Part shown: one piece after another, positions 21,243 through 30,305 of the stretch | Layout: each line of letters opens with the position of its first letter | Position numbering within the stretch: position 1 is the stretch's first letter | Assembly: GCA_015494465.1 (NCBI GenBank) | Contig: WGBD01000011.1 | Span: 3,553-67,552 of the forward strand | Direction: 5' to 3' | DNA length: 64,000 bases | DNA from: Candidatus Omnitrophota bacterium | GTDB lineage: Bacteria > Omnitrophota > Gorgyraeia > S143-82 | Position numbers and translations under genes: made by a program | Notes under the pieces: model-generated | Told to the model about the DNA's origin: nothing | The model's database searches: none | The model's input: only the letters and a program-made list of their open reading frames with translations

Positions 21243-21255
21243 ATTGCCTTCTCAA

Positions 21256-21333
21256 TGGCGTCCCCACGGGGATTTGAACCCCGGCCAAGGGCTCGAAAGG
21301 CCCGTGTCCTAGACCTGGCTAGACGATGGGGAC
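21256..21333 (-). tRNA. tRNA-Glu(TTC), CCA encoded
   Basis: GTCCCCA/TGGGGAC acceptor stem, anticodon loop CTTTCGA, T arm CGGGG-TTCAAAT-CCCCG, ends GCCA. Confidence 0.93.
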
Positions 21334-21363
21334 GAATCACAAACATTGTAATTGTATTTTGCT

Positions 21364-21391
21364 ATTATACAAATTTATCCCGCGATGGCAA
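21364..21391 (-). promoter_or_regulatory. Putative sigma70 promoter for tRNA-Glu
   Basis: TTGCCA-16 nt-TATAAT. Confidence 0.7.
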
Positions 21392-21410
21392 GAGGTATCT
21401 TCTGATACCA

Positions 21411-22670
21411 TCAGGTCCCCAATTCCCAGCTCTCGAGATACCTCTTCTGCTCTGCGGTGAGGCGATCTATCTTCACACCCAAACTTCTCAGCTTCAGTCT
21501 GGCAACCCTTTCGTCTATCTCCTTGGGCACGCGATACACCGCAGGCCTTAGGGCCTTTGCCTTGCGCACCACGAACTCCGCGCTCAGGGCCTGATTGGCA
21601 AAACTCATGTCCATCACGCAGGCAGGATGCCCTTCCGCTGCGGCGAGGTTTATCAACCTGCCCTCGCCCAACAGGTAGATCCGTTTACCTCCGGGGAGGG
21701 TATACTCGTCGACGAATGGCCTTATCCTGCGCTTTGACTTCTTTAACCTCTCTAGAGCGGATATGTCTATCTCCACATTGAAGTGCCCGGAATTGGCAAC
21801 TATCGCCCCGTCTTTCATCACCTTGAAGTGTTCCTCCCGTATCACATGGATGTCTCCGGTGACGGTGACGAATATGTCGCCTACCTTGGAGGCCTCCCTT
21901 ATGGGCATCACCTGATAGCCGTCCATAACCGCCTCAAGGGCCTTTATCGGGTCCACCTCGCAGACGATCACCTTCGCACCCATCCCACTGGCCCGCATGG
22001 CAACGCCCCTTCCGCACCAACCGTAACCGCACACCACTACGGTAGATCCTGCTATCAGGCGGTTGGTAGCCCGCAGGATACCGTCGATGGTAGACTGTCC
22101 CGTCCCGTACCTGTTGTCGAAGAGGTGCTTGGTATCAGCGTCGTTCACCGCGATTATCGGATACCTCAAGAGGCCCTGCTTCTCCAGTGCCTTGAGCCTT
22201 ATCACCCCGGTGGTGGTCTCCTCAGTCCCGCCTAAGACCTCCTCGGCCAGATCTGTGCGCTTGGAGTGCAAAAGAGAAACCAGATCCGCCCCGTCGTCCA
22301 TCGTGATGTGCGGCTTTATGCTGGCACAGGCCAAGAGATGCGAATAATAGGTCTTTTTATCCTCCCCCTTTATGGCAAACACCGGTATTCCGTGGAACTT
22401 GACCAAGGCGCTGGCGACATCGTCCTGCGTGCTCAGGGGATTGGAGGCACACAGGCACACCCTTGCCCCGCCCTCCTTTAGGGTAATCATAAGGTTGGCG
22501 GTCTCGGTGGTAACATGCAGGCAGGCGGAGATCCTGATCCCCTTTAGGGGCCTTCTCTTGCGGAAGTCCTCCCGTATGCTGGCCAAAACCGGCATGTCCA
22601 TCCCCGCCCACTCTATCCGCAGCCGTCCTTCCTTGGCGAGTTTCAGATCCTTTACATGGTAGTCCTTCAT
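21411..22670 (-). CDS. ahcY: Adenosylhomocysteinase
   Basis: [36 protein letters not shown] and GYGWCG motifs. Confidence 0.97.
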   Translation of the reverse strand: MKDYHVKDLKLAKEGRLRIEWAGMDMPVLASIREDFRKRRPLKGIRISACLHVTTETANLMITLKEGGARVCLCASNPLSTQDDVASALVKFHGIPVFAIKGEDKKTYYSHLLACASIKPHITMDDGADLVSLLHSKRTDLAEEVLGGTEETTTGVIRLKALEKQGLLRYPIIAVNDADTKHLFDNRYGTGQSTIDGILRATNRLIAGSTVVVCGYGWCGRGVAMRASGMGAKVIVCEVDPIKALEAVMDGYQVMPIREASKVGDIFVTVTGDIHVIREEHFKVMKDGAIVANSGHFNVEIDISALERLKKSKRRIRPFVDEYTLPGGKRIYLLGEGRLINLAAAEGHPACVMDMSFANQALSAEFVVRKAKALRPAVYRVPKEIDERVARLKLRSLGVKIDRLTAEQKRYLESWELGT

Positions 22671-22684
22671 CGTCCCCTCCTAAC

Positions 22685-23494
22685 TCACTCAAATACCGAC
22701 CTCAATCCCATAACATCCAGCATGTCGTACAGTCCCTTGGCCTCCTGATGAACGAACTTCGCAGCCAGAAGGGCGCCCCGGGCAAAGGCGTAGCGGGAAC
22801 TGGCCCGATGGGTCAACTCCAACCGCTCACCCTCCACCCCGAACATAACCGTGTGCTCGCCCACTATGTCCGCACAGCGGATAGCGTGGATACCTACCTC
22901 GTCGGGAGAACGGGGACCGGTTATCCCCCTCCTGCCAGCGACGAGTTTGTCGTCGGTCAGGTTGCGGGCGGTCTTTATTATCTCCCACAATTTCATCGCA
23001 GTCCCCGACGGGGCGTCCTTTTTGTGGTGGTGATGGGCCTCTACTATCTCCACCTCGTAATTGTCCGGCAGGACGCTAATTGCCAACTGGGTGAGGACGA
23101 AGAGGAGATTCACCCCCAAAGACATATTCGGAGAGATCACTACGGCTATCTTCTCCCCCGCCCTGCGTATCCTCTGTCTCTCCGCATCGCTGAAACCTGT
23201 GGTGCCGATAACCATCTTTTTCCCAAACCGCTCCACCTCCTCCACCGCGGAAAGCGTGGCCTGAGGGGTGGTGAAGTCTATCACCACATCCACCTCGGGA
23301 AGGCCTGCTGGGAAGACATCCAACTTGGGATTGGTGCGGGCCTCTATACCCAGATCCCTCAATGTCTTGCCCAGATCCGGGTGCCTGCTCACCTCCCAAA
23401 GGGCAGCAATCTCAACGGTCTCGTCCGCCACCGCCAACTCGGTGATGGCCCTTCCCATCCTTCCCCGTGCACCCATAATCCCTATCCTGACCAT
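22685..23494 (-). CDS. dapB: 4-hydroxy-tetrahydrodipicolinate reductase
   Basis: GARGRMG, IDFT, IGTTG and EAHHHHKKDAPSGTA motifs. Confidence 0.96.
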   Translation of the reverse strand: MVRIGIMGARGRMGRAITELAVADETVEIAALWEVSRHPDLGKTLRDLGIEARTNPKLDVFPAGLPEVDVVIDFTTPQATLSAVEEVERFGKKMVIGTTGFSDAERQRIRRAGEKIAVVISPNMSLGVNLLFVLTQLAISVLPDNYEVEIVEAHHHHKKDAPSGTAMKLWEIIKTARNLTDDKLVAGRRGITGPRSPDEVGIHAIRCADIVGEHTVMFGVEGERLELTHRASSRYAFARGALLAAKFVHQEAKGLYDMLDVMGLRSVFE

Positions 23495-23516
23495 ACCTCC
23501 TCCTCTCTATTGCAAA

Positions 23517-24527
23517 TCAAAATCGGCGACTGCTTATGGATAGGTGTAAGTCGTCCTTTATCCCCCGCACATACCACTGATAACCCAATCCCGCCACCAT
23601 AGCGGCATTGTCCAGACAATACCTCATCGGCGGGAAGTGTATCCTCAGACCGAGACCCTCTTCGGCCTCCTGAAACCTCTCCCGCAAATAGCGGTTGGCA
23701 GACACCCCTCCCCCCACCACCACATCTCTTATCCCGGTCTCTCTGGCAAGCCTTATCGTCTTATCCACCAACGGTTCCATCACCGCCTTCTGGAAACTGG
23801 CACACACATCGCAAACGAACCCCTCGCTCAATTCCTTATCCTTGAGGAAGTACAATAGAGCGGTCTTCACCCCGCTGAAACTGAAGTCGTAATCCCCGCC
23901 TCGGTAGACCGGAAATTCGAACCTGGGACTGCCCTGCAGGGCCTTTTTCTCTATTACCGGTCCTCCGGGGTATCCCAGGCCCAAAAGCCTCGCAGCCTTG
24001 TCCAAGGCCTCCCCAACTGCGTCGTCCTTCGTCTTGCCCACCAATTCCATGGCCTCGGGATGCCAATCCCGAACCACGAACAACAAAGTATGTCCCCCGG
24101 ATATCACCAGCCCCACGAACGGCATCCGAGGGGGATCGGGATTGTCTAAGAACGGGGCGTAGAGGTGGGCAAGGGTGTGGTCTATACCGACGATGTCCAG
24201 GCCCAGTCCCAGGGAAAATGCCTTGGCACAGGCAAGCCCGACTAGTAAAGACGGGGCAAGACCGGGGCGGTTGGTAACCGCTACCAGATCTATGGTCTCA
24301 ACAGCTATCCCGTCGCGCTCGAACAGATCCACCAAGAGCGGAGACAGGACTTCAATGTGTCTGCGCGCGGCTATCTCGGGTATTATCCCCCCGTAGCGGG
24401 AGTGGAACTCGAGACTGCTGGCCAAGACCTGTCGAACGACCCGTCTTCCTGCATCCACCACCGCAAAGGAGGTCTCGTCGCAAGAGGTCTCTATACCAAG
24501 GACCCTATTGATCCTCATCGGCATCAA
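23517..24527 (-). CDS. tsaD: tRNA N6-adenosine threonylcarbamoyltransferase TsaD
   Basis: GIETSCDET, HTLAH, SGGHT, DDAVGEALDK, GGGVSAN and DNAAM motifs. Confidence 0.96.
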   Translation of the reverse strand: MMPMRINRVLGIETSCDETSFAVVDAGRRVVRQVLASSLEFHSRYGGIIPEIAARRHIEVLSPLLVDLFERDGIAVETIDLVAVTNRPGLAPSLLVGLACAKAFSLGLGLDIVGIDHTLAHLYAPFLDNPDPPRMPFVGLVISGGHTLLFVVRDWHPEAMELVGKTKDDAVGEALDKAARLLGLGYPGGPVIEKKALQGSPRFEFPVYRGGDYDFSFSGVKTALLYFLKDKELSEGFVCDVCASFQKAVMEPLVDKTIRLARETGIRDVVVGGGVSANRYLRERFQEAEEGLGLRIHFPPMRYCLDNAAMVAGLGYQWYVRGIKDDLHLSISSRRF

Positions 24528-25047
24528 AGCCTTCTTCGTAATAGTCCAGAGAATCCTCCTGAAAGTACATATTGATGTTCATTATGAGGGGGAAGTTCCC
24601 ATTGGAAGGCGGGCTCTTTTTCTTCTTGAACAGATTCCAGAGGTTCCAACCACCGCTCTTCTTCCTGCCGAGATTCATAAGTTCTTCTATTATCCGATAG
24701 AGCTTACCCACCAACTCTTCCGGGGTGGGATTGTCGCTCAGGTTCACATAGAGAGACTTCTTTGCACATCTGGGACAAAGGAACAGCACCGTCCCACAGG
24801 AGAAACACTCCGCTACGGATCCCTCCTTCAGGTCAAAGGGTCTCCTGCATCTGTGACAGCGCAGGTTTTTTATACACTCAGGGCAGAGATAGGCAGAAGA
24901 CCTGCTCGGGGCCAGCAACTGGCGGGGTATGTCCGGGACGAACAATTTCCCACACCCGTCGCACCTCTGGGGAGTGCCCACCTCCGTGGCCACCCACTCC
25001 ACCTTCCTGCCTATCAGCCTCTTATGCCGACACCTCTTTTGAGCCAT
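24505..25047 (-). CDS. Hypothetical Cys-rich (multi-CxxC, probable Zn-binding) protein
   Basis: AAGGAGG SD; fills the gap between thiC and tsaD exactly; five CxxC pairs. Confidence 0.75.
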   Translation of the reverse strand: MAQKRCRHKRLIGRKVEWVATEVGTPQRCDGCGKLFVPDIPRQLLAPSRSSAYLCPECIKNLRCHRCRRPFDLKEGSVAECFSCGTVLFLCPRCAKKSLYVNLSDNPTPEELVGKLYRIIEELMNLGRKKSGGWNLWNLFKKKKSPPSNGNFPLIMNINMYFQEDSLDYYEEGFDADEDQ

Positions 25048-26332
25048 ATTGCCTTTCCTCCTTGGCGATGTCCAACCTCTTTATAGCACAAAACTCCCCG
25101 CACATGCTACAGGCAGTTTCGTCGGTGAGGGGCAGTCTCTTCCTCAGGGCCTCTGCTGTGGGCGGGTGTATGGCGAGGCGTATCTGCTCTTCCCAGTCCC
25201 TCCTGGCCCGGGCAGAGGACATCTTCAGGTCCCAGGAGTAGGCCCGCCTATTGCCCCTCGCCAGGTCCGCACAGTGGGCCGCAATCTTCGTCCCTATCAC
25301 CCCCAGGAATACATCCTCCCGGGTGGGGTGGGATATGTGCTCTGCAGGGGTGACATAACAGAGCATAGACGCACCGTACCAACCAGCAATGGCCCCGCCT
25401 ATCGCCCCTGCGATGTGATCAAAGCCCACTGCCACATCCGTGGGCAACGGACCCAACACATAGAACGGCGCACCGTTGCAGAGCCTGTCTTCCAGGATCA
25501 TGTTCGCGGATATCTGATCCATTGGCACATGCCCCGGCCCCTCTATCATAACCTGCACCCCTGCCTCCCGGGCCCTTTCCGCCAGTTCTCCCAGAACGGT
25601 CAACTCTTCTATCTGGGCCCTGTCGGTGGCATCCGCAATTGCTCCGGGACGAAGGCCGTCTCCGAGGGAGATGGTCACATCGAACTCCTTCAACAGGGCC
25701 AGTATCTCGTCGAAGTGCTCGTAAAGGAGGTTCTCCTTCCGATTCTTCATTATCCATTCCGCAAGGATGGATCCGCCCCTGCTGACCACCTTCATCAGCC
25801 GGGAAGGCACATACCTCTCCACCGCCCTGCGGGTCAGGCCCGCGTGTAGGGTGAAGAAGTCCACTCCATCCTTTGCCTGCTCCTCCAGGACCGCAAGGAC
25901 ATCGTCAATACCCATCTCCCCGATGTCCCGTCCCTCCTTGGCCAGATCGTAAGCCACCTCGTAGATGGGCACGGTCCCGAACGGCACATCGGAGAGCGAT
26001 AATAACTCCCTCCGAATCCTTCTAAGATCCCCTGCGATGCTCAAGTCCATAACGCAGTCCGCTCCGGCAGATATAGCAACGCGGATCTTCTCTTTTTCCT
26101 CTTCGAGGGAACAGGAATCCGGCGATGTGCCGACGTTGGCGTTCACCTTCACCGAGAAGGCCTTGCCTATCACGCACGGACGGGGAAAGGAACGGGTCTT
26201 ATTCCTGGGTATAACCGCCCGGCCGTTGGCAACCTCCTCTCGAACCAACTCGGGAGAGACGCCCTCTTGCTGGGCACACAGGCGCATCTCCTCGGTCAAC
26301 ACGCCATTGCGGGCAAGTTCAATCTGCGTCAT
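25022..26332 (-). CDS. thiC: Phosphomethylpyrimidine synthase ThiC (short form)
   Basis: KVNANVGTS, GTVPIYE, SRGGS, SLGDGLRPG, EGPGH, CYVTPAEH and CSMCGEFC motifs; adjacent to thiE. Confidence 0.93.
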   Translation of the reverse strand: MTQIELARNGVLTEEMRLCAQQEGVSPELVREEVANGRAVIPRNKTRSFPRPCVIGKAFSVKVNANVGTSPDSCSLEEEKEKIRVAISAGADCVMDLSIAGDLRRIRRELLSLSDVPFGTVPIYEVAYDLAKEGRDIGEMGIDDVLAVLEEQAKDGVDFFTLHAGLTRRAVERYVPSRLMKVVSRGGSILAEWIMKNRKENLLYEHFDEILALLKEFDVTISLGDGLRPGAIADATDRAQIEELTVLGELAERAREAGVQVMIEGPGHVPMDQISANMILEDRLCNGAPFYVLGPLPTDVAVGFDHIAGAIGGAIAGWYGASMLCYVTPAEHISHPTREDVFLGVIGTKIAAHCADLARGNRRAYSWDLKMSSARARRDWEEQIRLAIHPPTAEALRKRLPLTDETACSMCGEFCAIKRLDIAKEERQYGSKEVSA

Positions 26333-27365
26333 CTATCCTCATCTTCTCTTTGTATTCGCGGACCCGTCTGACGGGGTCTTCGGCCAAAAGTATGTCCCTG
26401 CAGACCGCCACCGCCCAAGGTCTGTACCCGAGCAGGCCTACCATTCTATCCGCGTTTATCCCCCCTATCAAGACAAACCTCTTGCCTGCCCTATTATACC
26501 ACCTTTCCACCAAGCCAGTCCCGACTGGTGTGTAATCCGGTTTGGTGCGGGTGGGAAAGACCGGTCCCATGGTAAAGTAATCTACCGCCCGGTCCTCCTG
26601 GGCCCGGTTCACCTCCTCGTCGCTGTGGCAGGACTGACCTATTATCCTGCCCCATCCGACGATACGCCGGGCCTGGGCAGGCGGTATGTCTTTCTGCCCC
26701 AGGTGGAGGTGAAGTCCAGTGAGATAGGCGATGTCCGGGCGGTTATTCACGAACAAGAGCGTGTTGTCCACAAAGGGCCTTAGTTCCTCTATCAAAGATA
26801 AGACCGTCCTGTCAGGCACCTTCTCGGAGAAGCGGAACTGGAGTATGTCCACTCCCGCCTCAACAAGGGCCTTTCCCAGATCAAAGGGGTCCATCCCCTG
26901 CTCGTATACAAGGTCCAGATCAAATATTAGATAGAGATTCAGACCCTCCAACCTCCTCACGGTCGTCCTTCCTAAGGAGTCGGACTCCATCTCGTAGACC
27001 GCAAAGCGCATCGCCTGCCACTCCCCCACCAGATCCCCGGGAGCGAGGGCCCGACAGACCTCCTCTACCACCCTTATCGCGGACTTTATCCGGGAGAGAT
27101 TCGCCTGCAGGACCTCCAGTTCACCAGCGTAGGCCCGGGAAGGATTCTCCCTGCCGGGATCGTCCTCCACCGCGCGCTGGAAGGGGACATCACTCACCTG
27201 CTCCCGCAACCGGGCCTCCAGAGTGGAAAACCTGTGCCTCAGGGCCCTCCACCTCTCCGCGAGGTCCGCCTCCCGCATAAACCGGAACCAGTCCTCAACG
27301 ACCCTCAGGCCCTCTCTGGCCCGGTTCAGGTTGGCGTCCAACATTCGCACCAACTGCAAACTCAT
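26319..27365 (-). CDS. thiE: Thiamine-phosphate synthase with N-terminal ThiD2-type helical domain
   Basis: [20 protein letters not shown]-domain; [20 protein letters not shown] and IGGI motifs. Confidence 0.9.
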   Translation of the reverse strand: MSLQLVRMLDANLNRAREGLRVVEDWFRFMREADLAERWRALRHRFSTLEARLREQVSDVPFQRAVEDDPGRENPSRAYAGELEVLQANLSRIKSAIRVVEEVCRALAPGDLVGEWQAMRFAVYEMESDSLGRTTVRRLEGLNLYLIFDLDLVYEQGMDPFDLGKALVEAGVDILQFRFSEKVPDRTVLSLIEELRPFVDNTLLFVNNRPDIAYLTGLHLHLGQKDIPPAQARRIVGWGRIIGQSCHSDEEVNRAQEDRAVDYFTMGPVFPTRTKPDYTPVGTGLVERWYNRAGKRFVLIGGINADRMVGLLGYRPWAVAVCRDILLAEDPVRRVREYKEKMRIDDAD

Positions 27366-27856
27366 CGTCTCTTATCCTTTATTATCCGAGAGATTATCCC
27401 AGTGGTCGATCTGCCCCTACGCAGGGGTATGGTTACCACCTCACCACCCCACGAGATCACTTCGTCCGCACCCACGATGTCCTTCACCCTCCAGTCTCCG
27501 CCCTTGACCAGCACATCCGGTCGCACCGTGCGTATCAACCTTATCGGCGTGTCCTCGGAGAAACTCACCACATAATCCACCACCTCAAGCCCGGCAAGGA
27601 CCCTTAACCTGTCCCTCAAGGGATTGACCGGTCGGTCCTTACCCTTTAGCCTGCGGACGGAGGCGTCCGAATTCACCCCCACGATCAGGACATCTCCCAA
27701 CTCCCTTGCCCGGGCGAGGTAATAGACATGGCCCCAGTGGAGTATGTCAAAACAGCCGTTGGTAAAGACTATCCTCCTGCCTTCCTTGCGCAGTCTCCTC
27801 ACCAAGGAAGGCAACTGTTTACGGGAGACTATCTTGGACTCTATCCCCTTGATCAC
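27362..27856 (-). CDS. rfaE2: D-glycero-beta-D-manno-heptose 1-phosphate adenylyltransferase (stand-alone HldE domain II)
   Basis: [29 protein letters not shown] and STT motifs. Confidence 0.93.
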   Translation of the reverse strand: MIKGIESKIVSRKQLPSLVRRLRKEGRRIVFTNGCFDILHWGHVYYLARARELGDVLIVGVNSDASVRRLKGKDRPVNPLRDRLRVLAGLEVVDYVVSFSEDTPIRLIRTVRPDVLVKGGDWRVKDIVGADEVISWGGEVVTIPLRRGRSTTGIISRIIKDKRR

Positions 27857-28854
27857 CCCTCTATCTCCGACTTGAGAGGTCTGGACATGAGCCTGCGCAG
27901 GGCCTCCGTGGGAGAAAGGCCCTCAAAGATCACCCGATAAACCGCCTCGGATATGGGAACGGATATGTCCAATTCCCCGGCCAGATCCAGTACCGCAGGC
28001 ACGGTGTATGCCCCCTCCACTGCAGTGGTGCTCCTGCGAAGGTATTCTTGAGGATCGCTTCCCCTGGCAACCGCCTCTCCGAATCTGCGGTTGCGACTGT
28101 GAGGGCTGAAGGCAGTGGTCAACAGATCCCCGAGTCCGGATATACCGTACACCGTCTCCTTCTTGCCTCCCACCCCGACCACGAACCGGGACATCTCTGC
28201 AACGCACCGGGTAAGGAGGGCAGACTTGGAGTTGGTGCCCAGTCCCAGTCCGTCGCAGATCCCAGCGGATATGGCCATCACATTCTTCAACCCGCCACAC
28301 CACTCCACCCCCAACACATCGTCGGAGGTGTACATCCTTATCCGTTCGTCGGACAACAGGGACTGCACCTCCCGGGCAAAGTCCTGACTCTTGGAGGCAA
28401 AGACCAGTGCAGTAGGCAGGCCCGCCACCACCTCCCGGGCTATCGCCGGTCCAGAAAGCACACCCACCAGATCCGGTCTGACTTTATCCTCCAATAACTG
28501 GCTCATCCGCCTGTGGCCTTGGGCCAGGATCCCCTTCGTGGCAACAATCCACTTGCCCCCGCGCAGTCCCAGATCACCGAGTCTGTCCAGCACCGCGGGC
28601 ACGAAGCGGGACGGCACCGCCAATACATAGGTATCCGAGAACGAGATCCACTCCCTTAGATCGGAGGTAGCGGATACGCGCTCGGGCAATCTGACGCCCT
28701 TTAGATAAGCGAGGTTTTCCCTCTGGACATTGATAGAGCGAATGTTCTCCTCGGAAGGCCCCCACAAGAGGGGATCTATCCCTTTCTCAGCAAAGAGGAG
28801 CGCCAGAGAGGTCCCCCACGCTCCGTCACCCAGAATAGAGATGCGCCTTATCAT
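27853..28854 (-). CDS. gpsA: NAD(P)H-dependent glycerol-3-phosphate dehydrogenase
   Basis: [27 protein letters not shown] and SRNR motifs. Confidence 0.95.
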   Translation of the reverse strand: MIRRISILGDGAWGTSLALLFAEKGIDPLLWGPSEENIRSINVQRENLAYLKGVRLPERVSATSDLREWISFSDTYVLAVPSRFVPAVLDRLGDLGLRGGKWIVATKGILAQGHRRMSQLLEDKVRPDLVGVLSGPAIAREVVAGLPTALVFASKSQDFAREVQSLLSDERIRMYTSDDVLGVEWCGGLKNVMAISAGICDGLGLGTNSKSALLTRCVAEMSRFVVGVGGKKETVYGISGLGDLLTTAFSPHSRNRRFGEAVARGSDPQEYLRRSTTAVEGAYTVPAVLDLAGELDISVPISEAVYRVIFEGLSPTEALRRLMSRPLKSEIEG

Positions 28855-28867
28855 AGACAAAACAAAA

Positions 28868-28938
28868 AGCGGGCGATGGGAATCGAACCCACGTCATCGG
28901 CTTGGAAGGCCGAGGCTTTACCACTAAGCTACGCCCGC
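28868..28938 (-). tRNA. tRNA-Gly(TCC), no encoded CCA
   Basis: GCGGGCG/CGCCCGC acceptor stem, anticodon loop CTTCCAA, GTTCGATTC T arm, discriminator T followed by TTTT. Confidence 0.95.
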
Positions 28939-28949
28939 GCTGGATTAAT

Positions 28950-28978
28950 ATTATATTTAAGCGCCTCCGCCGAATCAA
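28950..28978 (-). promoter_or_regulatory. Putative sigma70 promoter for tRNA-Gly-gpsA
   Basis: TTGATT-17 nt-TATAAT; the -35 box contains the lysC TGA stop. Confidence 0.75.
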
Positions 28979-30216
28979 GCGGACTTCTTTCTCTTCTTGC
29001 CCAACCCAAACGCTGAATGCAGGGCGTTTACCGCCTTTGCCCCGTAGCGGGCCTTTACTATACAGGATATGCTAATCTCCGAGGTACTTATCATCTCTAT
29101 GTTTATCTTGTTCTTGGCCAACACCTCAAACATCGTCGCAGCGACACCGGGATGGTTTCGCATACCCACCCCCACTATAGAGACCCTGCATATGTCCTCG
29201 TCTGCGGTCACCTTATCCGCCTTTATCTTCCTGCGCACCTTCTCCAGCACCTCGAGGGTCTTTCTCAGATCGGCCTTGTTCACCGTAAACGAGATGTCGG
29301 TCTTGCCCTCGGAACTGACATTCTGCACTATCACATCCACATTTATGCCCGCCTTGGATATCTCCTTGAATATGCTCGCAGCGATACCCGGTCTGTCAGG
29401 CACGCCGGAGATGGTCACCTTGGCCTGACTCTTGTCCAGACTAACGCCTCTGACTACCGCACCCTCCATACCCTCGACCTCCTCAGTGATAAGTGTACCG
29501 GGTTTGTTGTTCAGACTGCTCCTGACGATGAGAGGCACCGAGAACTTCTTGGCTACCTCTATGGACCTGGCCTGCATTACCTGTGCCCCTAGCGAGGCCA
29601 GTTCCAGCATCTCGTCGTAGGTTATCACATCCAGTTTCCGGGCAGACTTGACTATCCTCGGATCCGCGGTGAATATGCCGTCTACATCGGTGAATATCTC
29701 GCACAGATCCGCCTTCAAGGCGTGGGCAAGGGCAACCGCAGTAAGGTCCGATCCGCCCCTTCCCAGGGTGGCTATGTCGCCCTCAGGAGAGAGCCCCTGG
29801 AAACCGGCAACGATGACCACATTGCCCCTTGCAATCTCCTGATGTATACGCTTGGGGATTATGTTAACTATCTTTGCCCTGGTATAGTCCCCGTCGGTGT
29901 AGATACCGCTTTGGGGCCCGGTCAATGCCACCGCCTTTATGCCCAAACGGTGCAGGGCCATCGTCAGGAGAGCAGAAGAGGCCTGCTCTCCGGTGGCCAT
30001 AAGCATGTCCATCTCCCTCGGTGAGGGATCGGGGTTTATCGCGTGGGCGAGGTCTATCAGTTCGTCGGTGGTGTCCCCCAAGGCAGAGACCACCACCACC
30101 AGATCGTACCCCTTCTTGCGATAAGAGGCAATCCTCCTGGCGACATTCCTTATCCTCTCGACATTCGCTACCGAACTGCCGCCGTACTTCTGGACTATCA
30201 GGCCCTTACTGCCCAT
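28975..30216 (-). CDS. lysC: Aspartate kinase with two ACT domains
   Basis: VQKYGGSSV, TLGRGGSD, TDVDG, ADPR and PDRPGIAA motifs. Confidence 0.96.
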   Translation of the reverse strand: MGSKGLIVQKYGGSSVANVERIRNVARRIASYRKKGYDLVVVVSALGDTTDELIDLAHAINPDPSPREMDMLMATGEQASSALLTMALHRLGIKAVALTGPQSGIYTDGDYTRAKIVNIIPKRIHQEIARGNVVIVAGFQGLSPEGDIATLGRGGSDLTAVALAHALKADLCEIFTDVDGIFTADPRIVKSARKLDVITYDEMLELASLGAQVMQARSIEVAKKFSVPLIVRSSLNNKPGTLITEEVEGMEGAVVRGVSLDKSQAKVTISGVPDRPGIAASIFKEISKAGINVDVIVQNVSSEGKTDISFTVNKADLRKTLEVLEKVRRKIKADKVTADEDICRVSIVGVGMRNHPGVAATMFEVLAKNKINIEMISTSEISISCIVKARYGAKAVNALHSAFGLGKKRKKSA

Positions 30217-30276
30217 ACACCAAGACCTCCTATTCCGAACATTCCATCAGAAACGAATCCCTTTCAACGCCAGAAG

Positions 30277-30305
30277 ATTATACCCTTAACTTGAACCTTC
30301 GTCAA
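30277..30305 (-). promoter_or_regulatory. Putative sigma70 promoter for lysC
   Basis: TTGACG-17 nt-TATAAT; the -35 box contains the ldhA TGA stop. Confidence 0.8.

Noticed and set aside
21190-21255. T-box riboswitch upstream of thrS
   Set aside because: Leader is too short and has no T-box consensus or specifier stem
25022-26332. ThiC paralogue BzaA/B/F (benzimidazole synthesis)
   Set aside because: Directly coupled to thiE with no cobamide genes nearby; ThiC is more parsimonious, though a phylogeny would be decisive
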